The notes under the pieces are model-generated. The model ran no database searches, was not told the origin of the DNA, and was given only the letters and a program-made list of their open reading frames with translations. Position numbers and translations under genes: made by a program. From a virus (lineage: Duplodnaviria; Caudoviricetes), in IMG/VR virus record IMGVR_UViG_3300027845_000108, positions 1-32,073 of that record: 32,073 nt of DNA. One strand, given 5' to 3'. Below, piece by piece: positions 24,892 to 32,073 of this stretch (positions within the stretch are counted from its first letter, which is position 1; each line of letters begins with the position of its first letter).

Positions 24892-26721
24892 ATGCAAAAC
24901 ATAAACGACTTCAGGTTCGGAAGTGACATACACTTCTTTGACTTGGAAACAAACGGATTCTTGTACGAGACACACACCATTCACTGTGTTTCTATCAAGG
25001 TAGGCCGTGGGCCAACACAGCTTTACGTTGGCACTGATGGTGTTGCTAAAGCTGTTGACATCCTTACCAAAGCAAAGCGTGTGTGTGCTCACAACGGTCT
25101 TGGGTTTGACTGTCCTGTTATCCAAAAGCTACATGGTGTAAACCTTGCACCCAAGTGCATTGACACACTCGTGTTGTCTTGTTTGTTCAGTCCTGAACGT
25201 GAAGGTGGTCACTCGTTGGATAACCTATCCAAACAAGCTGGCTCGTGGAAGGGTGATTACAACGGTGGTTGGGAAGAGTACAACGATGACATGGGTGAGT
25301 ATTGTATTCAAGACAGTGAAGCCCTTGCGTGTATCTTCGACATGCTGTGGCGTGAAGCAGGAGATCACGACTGGCAACAGTCCATTGCTCTTGAACACCA
25401 AGTTGCTCGTGTCATTGCTTGGCAAGAGCGTTGTGGTTGGGTGTTCGATGTACCTGCTGCTCAACAGTTTGTCAAGAAGATGTCCGACTTAATCGTTCAA
25501 GCAGACGAGAAGTTGTCAAAGCTGATCACACCAAAGATCTGCAAGAAGGGTGACAGGAAGACACCTATCGTACCGTTCACTGCTACAGGCAAGCCAAGCC
25601 TTGTTGCACAGAAGTGGTGTGATGATAACGGTTATCAACCTGACATCATTGGTGGCCCGTTCTTTCCTGTTGAGGTAGTGTACCCTGACCTTGGTAGCCG
25701 ACAGCAGATGATCGAACTGTTGATGAAGTACGGATGGAAACCTACCGAGTACACCGAGAAAGGCAACCCACGGTTCACGGAAGATTCCATTGTGGGTAAG
25801 ATGGGTGAGACAGGACAAACTCTTGTTGACCGATTTGTTATGGTCACTCGCCGTTCACAAGTAGGAGGCTGGATTGGTAAAGTTAGAACTGATGGGAGGA
25901 TTGAGGCCGGAGCATTTCCAAACGCTACACCAACTGCACGAATGCGTCACCGTACAGTGGTCAACGTACCTAGAGTCACTTCTGCGTATGGTAAAGAACT
26001 CAGGGCCTTGTTTACCGTACCTCACGGTAGAGTGCAAGTTGGAGCCGATGCCTCTGGACTCGAACTCCGTATGCTTGCTCACTACATGGGAGATGCAGCG
26101 TACACCGATGCCATTGTCAACGGAAAGTCCTCTGATGAGACAGACGTTCACTCTATCAACTGTAAGCTGATTGGTCTGGAACCCAAGAAGCAGTACGTGT
26201 TCGGTGGTAAGGAGACATCTGGCCGTGATGTAGCGAAGACATTTATCTACGCCCTACTCTACGGCGCAGGTGATGAGAAGCTAGGCTCTATCATTGATGG
26301 TGATGCCAACACGGGTAAACGGTTACGCCGTAAGTTCTTGACAGGTTTGCCTAAGTACGCTACACTTATTGAAAGAGTACAGACAGCTTCAAAGAAAGGT
26401 TGGCTCAAAGGTTTGGATGGTCGTAAGATCTACGTCCGTCACGAACATGCAGCGTTGAACTCGTTGTTACAATCAGCAGGTTCTATTGCAGTCAAGGTAG
26501 CGTTGGTCAAGTGGGCACAGGTTCTCGTCAAGAATAAGGTACCGTTCAAGTTGTTGGGTACATTCCACGACGAGGTGCAAGCTGAGACAACACCTGAGTG
26601 CGGTGAGACTGTAGGGCTTACGTTCCAACAGGCTTGTGCATGGGCAGGTAGGTATCTCAAAGTCAACTGTCCTTTGTCTGGTGAGTACATGATTGGTAAC
26701 AACTGGGCTGAGTGCCACTGA
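24892..26721 (+). CDS. Family A DNA polymerase (T7 gp5-like) with 3'-5' exonuclease
   Basis: Exo FDLETNG and AHNGLGFD; motif A DASGLELRMLAHY, motif B RDVAKTFIYALLYG, motif C FHDEVQ; GGAG RBS before ATG 24892. Confidence 0.95.
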   Translation: MQNINDFRFGSDIHFFDLETNGFLYETHTIHCVSIKVGRGPTQLYVGTDGVAKAVDILTKAKRVCAHNGLGFDCPVIQKLHGVNLAPKCIDTLVLSCLFSPEREGGHSLDNLSKQAGSWKGDYNGGWEEYNDDMGEYCIQDSEALACIFDMLWREAGDHDWQQSIALEHQVARVIAWQERCGWVFDVPAAQQFVKKMSDLIVQADEKLSKLITPKICKKGDRKTPIVPFTATGKPSLVAQKWCDDNGYQPDIIGGPFFPVEVVYPDLGSRQQMIELLMKYGWKPTEYTEKGNPRFTEDSIVGKMGETGQTLVDRFVMVTRRSQVGGWIGKVRTDGRIEAGAFPNATPTARMRHRTVVNVPRVTSAYGKELRALFTVPHGRVQVGADASGLELRMLAHYMGDAAYTDAIVNGKSSDETDVHSINCKLIGLEPKKQYVFGGKETSGRDVAKTFIYALLYGAGDEKLGSIIDGDANTGKRLRRKFLTGLPKYATLIERVQTASKKGWLKGLDGRKIYVRHEHAALNSLLQSAGSIAVKVALVKWAQVLVKNKVPFKLLGTFHDEVQAETTPECGETVGLTFQQACAWAGRYLKVNCPLSGEYMIGNNWAECH

Positions 26722-26731
26722 TGGAGAGGAT

Positions 26732-26920
26732 ATGAACAAGATAGTTTTACCGGGCACATTTATTTTTAACGGTGCCGACATTGACATTGAGGTTACAACA
26801 ATGTACAATGTAGTTAATGGAGAAGTAGTTGTAACAAAGGTACTGTTTGGGGATAACGAGGTTGATCTTGACCCGTTAGCTTACGAACAGATCGCACTTG
26901 AAATTCAAGAGTTAATTTAA
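26732..26920 (+). CDS. Small acidic hypothetical protein (start revised to ATG 26732)
   Basis: GAGG RBS before MNKIVLPG. Confidence 0.65.
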   Translation: MNKIVLPGTFIFNGADIDIEVTTMYNVVNGEVVVTKVLFGDNEVDLDPLAYEQIALEIQELI

Positions 26921-26938
26921 ACCAAGGAGAATACAAAC

Positions 26939-27637
26939 ATGGCAGCAGCTTCAGGCATTATTGCCCGTATCAACATCAAAGAAACCACACCGGATAACTA
27001 CGGCAACACCATGCTCAAGTCGTTCAAACTTGAGAATGATGATCGTTGGTTTGGCCTTGGTAAATCCAAAGGCGATACCATCAACATCAAGAAAGGTGCT
27101 GACTACGTTAAGTTGGCAGAGGGTGACGAGATTGAGTTCTTCTACGATGAGACAGAGTACAACGGCAAGACGTACTTCAACGCCAAGTCGTCAGGCATCA
27201 AGCTCGTTGCAAAGGGTACAGGTCAAGCGCAACAACAAGCCAAGCCCCAAGCTAAGTCGCAAGCACCAGCAGCTAAACCTGCAAGTGGTGGTTCAACTGG
27301 TGGTACCAAGGCACCTTACGAAGCCGGTATCAAAGTAGGTCACGCTATCAACAACGCTGTGCAACTGGCAGTGGCAGATGGTAAGCCTATCACTGCTTCT
27401 GTTCTTGAAGCCAAGGCCATCTCTATCTTGCGTCTGTCAAAGCACTTGGAAGATAACTTCGTGTCTATCATGGATGGTTCTTACGGTGTGCAAGAAGACA
27501 AGCCAAAGGCAGCACCAAAGAAGAAGCCAACACTTCCCCCTGAACCTCAACCACCAGAGCCAGAGGAAGAGCCAGAACCACAAGAAGAAAAGAAAGTTCT
27601 GTCTGTTGCTGACTTCGATGATGATGTTCCATTCTGA
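26939..27637 (+). CDS. Putative single-stranded DNA-binding protein
   Basis: Beta-rich OB-like N-terminal domain, flexible linkers, acidic C-terminus DFDDDVPF; follows the polymerase. Confidence 0.75.
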   Translation: MAAASGIIARINIKETTPDNYGNTMLKSFKLENDDRWFGLGKSKGDTINIKKGADYVKLAEGDEIEFFYDETEYNGKTYFNAKSSGIKLVAKGTGQAQQQAKPQAKSQAPAAKPASGGSTGGTKAPYEAGIKVGHAINNAVQLAVADGKPITASVLEAKAISILRLSKHLEDNFVSIMDGSYGVQEDKPKAAPKKKPTLPPEPQPPEPEEEPEPQEEKKVLSVADFDDDVPF

Positions 27638-27664
27638 TAACTGTTATCACCAAAGGATTTAACC

Positions 27665-27862
27665 ATGTCTACTTTTATTTTGTTGTTCTTGCTTTCTCTT
27701 GTAGCCATCACGTTCTGTGCTGTGGTGTCTCGTGTAGCACAAGTGTTTGATCTGTACCCCGATAAGATCGACAGGTTCCAGCAGTTGTACTTGGTTCCTT
27801 TGTTTGTGTTTGGTTCTGTAGTGTGTTTGTTTGCTGAAGTTGTGGCGCAAGTAGTAAGTTAG
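27665..27862 (+). CDS. Small two-TM membrane protein
   Basis: Two hydrophobic helices, AAGGA RBS. Confidence 0.65.
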   Translation: MSTFILLFLLSLVAITFCAVVSRVAQVFDLYPDKIDRFQQLYLVPLFVFGSVVCLFAEVVAQVVS

Positions 27863-27893
27863 TAATTCTCCCTTTTAAGTGTGTAACCTTTTT

Positions 27894-27930
27894 AGCCCGT
27901 ACTTTAAACCTACGGGCTTTTTTCTTTTTT
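27894..27930 (+). terminator. Rho-independent terminator
   Basis: AGCCCGTA-ctttaaacc-TACGGGCT followed by TTTTTCTTTTTT. Confidence 0.8.
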
Positions 27931-27939
27931 GGAGGCTTT

Positions 27940-28218
27940 ATGGATACCATAGCCCGGATAGTTTTGCGTGTTGTGTTCGTTGTGTTTGCTTTGTTTATGT
28001 TTGGTTACGTAGGTAATGCTATGGCCCGAACAGTGGAAGTTCCTGTGTTGATGGCTGATGGCACTAAGCAAGTGTTGACAGTAGACAACGTACCTGATAA
28101 TGTAGAGATACCGATTTGCCAACAAGCACGAAAAGATTTGTTGGTGTGTATGGAGATTGTAGATGGTGTAGCCAAGCCGTTGTACATCCAACTGTTTCAA
28201 AATGATGACGAGGTGTGA
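27940..28218 (+). CDS. Small protein with N-terminal signal/TM segment
   Basis: GGAGG RBS; hydrophobic helix ending in AMA. Confidence 0.65.
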   Translation: MDTIARIVLRVVFVVFALFMFGYVGNAMARTVEVPVLMADGTKQVLTVDNVPDNVEIPICQQARKDLLVCMEIVDGVAKPLYIQLFQNDDEV

Positions 28219-28483
28219 GATGGGTAAGATGAAAGAGCAAGCAGTTGTTGAGGTGGGACAAGAGTATCTTGATTCGTTGGAATCTGACAACTTCAAGATG
28301 TACAAACAAGTGCAAGAGTTGACTGCACAGGTAGCAGCCATGACAAAGGACATGGAAGTGTTGGCCTATCAAGCCCGACTTAACCAAGCACAAGCACAGA
28401 TATACGCTGATCGTCTTGGTATTACCAAGCCTGATGATGACTACTGGGAACCAGATTCAATCGAACGTGAAGAGGGGCTGTGA
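28202..28483 (+). CDS. Coiled-coil hypothetical protein (start may be 28220)
   Basis: Heptad-like pattern, acidic tail. Confidence 0.65.
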   Translation: MMTRCEMGKMKEQAVVEVGQEYLDSLESDNFKMYKQVQELTAQVAAMTKDMEVLAYQARLNQAQAQIYADRLGITKPDDDYWEPDSIEREEGL

Positions 28484-29352
28484 TGCTTACTGCAATCATT
28501 GACTGTGACGTGCTGGTGTATGCCAGTGCGTTCGGTGCACAGAAGACCCGGTACGATGTAACCCTGCCGGGTTCTACTGCTGTGCTGACTTTCATGGACG
28601 CAAAGGACAGGGATGAGTACCTGAAGGTTGAAGGTGTGGACAAAAAGGAGTGTGAGATCACACCTTGGTTGGATGTACTTCCTGAGTCAGCAGCTTTGTC
28701 CATTGCTCGTAACAACTTCGAAGCTATCTTGAACGAGCTAGGTACAACAGAGTATCAAGCGTACCTGACAGGTGAAGGTAACTACAGGGAGCAAGTGGCT
28801 GTAACCAAACCGTACAAAGGCAACCGTACCCAAGACAAGCCAGTGCATTACGCTTTGGTAAAGGATTGGTACTTGAACAAGGTAGGTGCTGAAGTTGTAG
28901 ACGGTATGGAAGCAGACGACATGATGGGTATTCTTGCCACACAAGATACACACAACGTCATCTGTACCATTGACAAAGACTTGAACCAAGTACCCGGTCT
29001 TCACTACGACTGGAACCTTGGTAAGAAGTACAAGGTCAATAAAGCAGATGGTGACAGGTTCTTCATCATGCAGCTTCTCACTGGTGACACAACCGACAAC
29101 ATCCCCGGCATGAAGGGCATGGGTTGGAAGGGTGCTGAGAAGTTGTACAAAGAAGCCAGTGAGTTGACTTCTGCTCTTACAACACCTGCCGAATACAACT
29201 GGTCTTTCTTTGAATCAGCACTTGCATTGTACGAAGAAAAAGGGTACAATAAAGAATACGTTGAAGAACAAGGCCAGCTCTTGTGGATCAAGAGAAATAA
29301 GAAAGAGCCTTTGTGGACAATCGAAGGTTTCCGTAAACACTTACAGGAGTAA
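28480..29352 (+). CDS. 5'-3' exonuclease (T7 gp6-like)
   Basis: IDCDVLVY, YKGNR, EADD, IDKDLNQVPG, GDTTDNIPG. Confidence 0.92.
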   Translation: MMLTAIIDCDVLVYASAFGAQKTRYDVTLPGSTAVLTFMDAKDRDEYLKVEGVDKKECEITPWLDVLPESAALSIARNNFEAILNELGTTEYQAYLTGEGNYREQVAVTKPYKGNRTQDKPVHYALVKDWYLNKVGAEVVDGMEADDMMGILATQDTHNVICTIDKDLNQVPGLHYDWNLGKKYKVNKADGDRFFIMQLLTGDTTDNIPGMKGMGWKGAEKLYKEASELTSALTTPAEYNWSFFESALALYEEKGYNKEYVEEQGQLLWIKRNKKEPLWTIEGFRKHLQE

Positions 29353-29354
29353 TT

Positions 29355-30023
29355 ATGCCACTGTCACTAAAAGAAAAGTCAGAGATCGAACTGAACCAAG
29401 CCAAGGTACTGACCGAGAACACCGAGGCTGCACTCAACGTAGTTGAACACGAGTTGAGCCAGCTTGAGTTGAAGAAGGAAAAGTACAACTACGACTTCGG
29501 TGGGTCTGTTGACTTCAAGAATAACTACCTTGTCTTTGACGAACCAGTAACCGATGTATCTCGTTGTAACTACACTGCTACGTTTCGCAGGTGGTCACGC
29601 ATGAATCCCGGACAACCTTTGACTCTTGAGTTGAACAGTCCCGGTGGTGAGATTGTAGAAGGGTTTGCTCTGTTCGATGAGCTTACCAAGCTACGCCGTG
29701 ACGGACACCACTTGACTATCCGTGTACGTGGTAACGCTTGTTCAATGGCAGCTATTTTGTTGCAAGCTGCTGACAAACGAGAGATCGGCCCAACATCTTT
29801 CATCATGCTACACCGAGCAGCCTTTGGTGCAGTAGGCAGTGCGTTTGAAGTGGAAGATACAGTTGAACTGGTCAAACGATTTGAAGAAACCATCATCAAA
29901 ATCCTTGTCCAGCGTACAGGAAAGGATCGAAAGATCTGGGATGACTTCTTCAAACAACGCCGAGACATCTGGTTTGATGCTGAAGGTGCCCTTGAAGCTG
30001 GTCTTGTTGACGAGATCAACTAA
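29355..30023 (+). CDS. ClpP-family (S14) serine protease with N-terminal coiled-coil extension
   Basis: LNSPGG, ACSMAA (catalytic Ser), MLHR (His), RDIWFDAEGALEAGLVDEI (Asp). Confidence 0.88.
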   Translation: MPLSLKEKSEIELNQAKVLTENTEAALNVVEHELSQLELKKEKYNYDFGGSVDFKNNYLVFDEPVTDVSRCNYTATFRRWSRMNPGQPLTLELNSPGGEIVEGFALFDELTKLRRDGHHLTIRVRGNACSMAAILLQAADKREIGPTSFIMLHRAAFGAVGSAFEVEDTVELVKRFEETIIKILVQRTGKDRKIWDDFFKQRRDIWFDAEGALEAGLVDEIN

Positions 30024-30047
30024 TCACATTTTTAAAAGGAGACAACC

Positions 30048-30242
30048 ATGTTGTCAGATGAACTTATCCATTCGCTGTACCAACAGAACCCTAACGAAAG
30101 TCACCTTGACTTCGCCCGTAAGGTAGAGGCATCTACACTTATGGCTGTTGCTTCTGCTTTGTTTGAGGTAGCTCAAGATTTGTTGAAAGAAAACAACATT
30201 CAACTTAGCCTTGACTTTGGTGATGACAATGGCGAGGCCTAA
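30048..30242 (+). CDS. Small hypothetical protein
   Basis: AAGGAG RBS, 64 aa. Confidence 0.65.
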   Translation: MLSDELIHSLYQQNPNESHLDFARKVEASTLMAVASALFEVAQDLLKENNIQLSLDFGDDNGEA

Positions 30243-30624
30243 GCTGTCTCACACCAGACGGAAAGCTGTTCAAGCCGGGTTTCGATCCGGTTTTGAGCAG
30301 CGATTCCAAGAGCTACGGCCACACCTTTTGTACGAACCAAAGGCTTTTGTGTACAAGGTAGAGGAAGAAAGGAAGTACACACCTGACTTCGTTACACCAG
30401 ACGGTAAGACTTGGTACGAAACAAAGGGAAGGTTCACGGCTGTTGACAGGAAGAAGATGTTGGCTGTGCGTAGGGCGTATCCAGATCAACGGATTGTTCT
30501 TGTGTTCCAAGCACCGTACAACAAACTAACAAAAGCACCTAACTCGCAATCGTATGCACAGTGGGCAGAGAAGAACGGGTTTGAGTGGTTATCAATTAAG
30601 GACATACTTGATGGGAAAGAGTAA
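30223..30624 (+). CDS. Endonuclease I / Holliday junction resolvase (T7 gp3-like)
   Basis: FRSGFE, YTPDF, ETKGRF, DRKK, YAQWAEKNGF. Confidence 0.92.
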   Translation: MTMARPKLSHTRRKAVQAGFRSGFEQRFQELRPHLLYEPKAFVYKVEEERKYTPDFVTPDGKTWYETKGRFTAVDRKKMLAVRRAYPDQRIVLVFQAPYNKLTKAPNSQSYAQWAEKNGFEWLSIKDILDGKE

Positions 30625-31411
30625 TCAAAATGCGAAACGACCAAAGATTCTTTGCATCGGTGATCCTCATGCTAGACCTGATGTTAGCAATCGGAGGTTC
30701 ACTGCTCTTGGCAATTTTATTGTGGACAAACGACCTGACATTGTGGTGTGCATTGGGGATTTTGCTGATATGGGTAGCTTGTCTTCATACGACAAAGGAA
30801 CTGGAAAGGCAGAAGGTAAGCGATACCACGAAGACCTTCAATCAGTGTGGGATGCACAGCAACGTATCTTCTCACCAGTCAGAGAGGAACAGCAAAGGTT
30901 GACGACCAACAAAAAGAAGCGGTGGAATCCAGAGTTCCACATGGTAATGGGTAATCACGAAGAACGTATCATTAGGTACGCTAACCAGAACCCTGAGTTG
31001 ATTGACCACGTTGGTTTCCACGACCTGCGTTACGAAGAGTTTGGTTGGCAGGTGACACCGTTCCTTCAACCTTTGAAGCTGCACAACATCTGCTTTCAGC
31101 ACTACTTCACCAGTGGGTTGATGGGTAGGCCGATCAGTGGTGATTACGCTGCTGCTCATCTGGTCAAGAAGAACTACATGAGTTGTGTGGCAGGTCACTC
31201 TCACCTTCGTAACTACTGGGAGACAACTGACATCACTGGCCGTAAACGATTCGGTCTGGTGCTTGGTTGCTACGATGAAGGAGATCACAGCTACGCCAAA
31301 GGATCTTCTCACGCTTGGTGGTCTGGCCTTACAATGCTGCACGAAGTAGAGGACGGGTCAGCCGAGCCAGCCTTTTTCAGTCTTGATTATCTTCTTGACA
31401 GGTACCTGTAA
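30611..31411 (+). CDS. Calcineurin-like metallophosphoesterase
   Basis: GDPH, GDFAD, GNHE, GHSH motifs. Confidence 0.9.
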   Translation: MGKSNQNAKRPKILCIGDPHARPDVSNRRFTALGNFIVDKRPDIVVCIGDFADMGSLSSYDKGTGKAEGKRYHEDLQSVWDAQQRIFSPVREEQQRLTTNKKKRWNPEFHMVMGNHEERIIRYANQNPELIDHVGFHDLRYEEFGWQVTPFLQPLKLHNICFQHYFTSGLMGRPISGDYAAAHLVKKNYMSCVAGHSHLRNYWETTDITGRKRFGLVLGCYDEGDHSYAKGSSHAWWSGLTMLHEVEDGSAEPAFFSLDYLLDRYL

Positions 31412-31440
31412 ACCTGATACACTGATAGTCCAACAACAAT

Positions 31441-31470
31441 AAATCCTCACTTCGGTGGGGATTTTTCTTT
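31441..31470 (+). terminator. Rho-independent terminator
   Basis: AAATCCTCAC-TTCG-GTGGGGATTT followed by TTCTTT. Confidence 0.75.
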
Positions 31471-31501
31471 CACAAACTACACGGAGATAACTGTTATCAT
31501 T

Positions 31502-32073
31502 ATGACACACAAACTACCTACCGATTTTCAGAAGTACATTCATCTGTCCCGCTACTCCCGATTCAACGACACCCTTGGTCGCCGTGAGACTTGGGAAGAA
31601 ACAGTGGATCGCCTTATCAACTTCTGGAAGGGACGTTTCCCAACCAAAGTAAACCCTTCTACGTTACAAGAACTGCGTGAAGCCATCCTGAACCTTGAAG
31701 TTATGCCTTCCATGCGCACGTTGATGACAGCAGGCAAGGCTCTTGATCGTGACGAGGTAGCTGCATTCAACTGTTCTTACACCACAGTAGAATCTGTCCG
31801 TGACTTTGACGAGATCTTGTACATCTTGATGTGTGGTACAGGTGTTGGGTTCTCTGTTGAATCCAAGTACACCAACAAGCTGCCCGTTGTAGCAGATAGC
31901 TTTCACAAGACTGACACAACCATCGTAGTGGGTGACAGCAAGATCGGTTGGGCCTCTGCCTTCCGTGAGTTGTTGGCCTTGTTGTGGGCCGGTAAGATCC
32001 CTTCGTGGGATGTGTCCAAGGTACGCCCATCTGGTGCCCGACTGAAGACGTTTGGTGGTCGTGCCAGTCGCCC
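31502..32073 (+). CDS. nrdJ: Ribonucleotide reductase, class II (B12-dependent) type, partial; not in the ORF track
   Basis: MTHKLPTDFQKYIHLSRYSRF...RRETWEETVDR...MPSMRTLMTAG...FNCSY...MCGTGVGFSVE...DSKIGWA...VRPSGARLKTFGGRAS; runs off the window end. Confidence 0.85.
   Translation, partial: MTHKLPTDFQKYIHLSRYSRFNDTLGRRETWEETVDRLINFWKGRFPTKVNPSTLQELREAILNLEVMPSMRTLMTAGKALDRDEVAAFNCSYTTVESVRDFDEILYILMCGTGVGFSVESKYTNKLPVVADSFHKTDTTIVVGDSKIGWASAFRELLALLWAGKIPSWDVSKVRPSGARLKTFGGRASR

Larger units (their letters stand above)
17703..27649. repeat. Dispersed 15-bp palindrome TGATAAC-N-GTTATCA, 11 perfect copies
   Basis: Starts at 17703, 18065, 18313, 18615, 18883, 19455, 19661, 20374, 21606, 25623, 27635. 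Near-copies at 23383 and 31485 (1 mismatch) and 16677 (2 mismatches). Confidence 0.97.

Noticed and set aside
27520-27590. Pro/Glu repeat in the SSB gene
   Set aside because: Ordinary low-complexity linker before the acidic tail.
32060-32073. RASR instead of the usual RASGP in the RNR
   Set aside because: Single-base difference at the very end of the window; cannot be distinguished from an end-of-contig error.
1-32073. tRNA, rRNA, phage RNA polymerase, integrase or repressor genes
   Set aside because: None recognisable by eye; tRNAscan-SE and HMM searches would be needed to exclude them formally.

Overview
Most of a lytic, RNA-polymerase-less podovirus genome. By gene content it resembles the SIO1/VpV262/CW02 (Zobellviridae-like) group; this is inferred, not searched. 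Two arms diverge from a non-coding region at about 16.0-17.27 kb. The minus-strand left arm carries lysis/small basic genes, TerS/TerL, portal, scaffold, capsid, tail tubular A/B, a GNAT and internal virion proteins. The plus-strand right arm carries small early genes, T7-like primase-helicase, family A DNA polymerase, SSB, exonuclease, ClpP-like protease, endonuclease I, a metallophosphoesterase and a partial class II RNR. The first 395 bp are an unrelated bacterial gyrB fragment abruptly joined to a virion gene. Three observations stand out. (1) A 15-bp palindrome TGATAAC-N-GTTATCA occurs in 11 perfect and 3 near-perfect copies, almost all at stop/start junctions of the early/replication arm. 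(2) The divergent non-coding region is densely packed with host regulator-like sites: 4 sigma54 -24/-12 boxes, 2 LexA SOS boxes, OmpR-family-like repeats and a LysR-like dyad. (3) A recombination scar next to an HNH nuclease gene holds a chimeric ORF and two different dead M15 endolysin starts.
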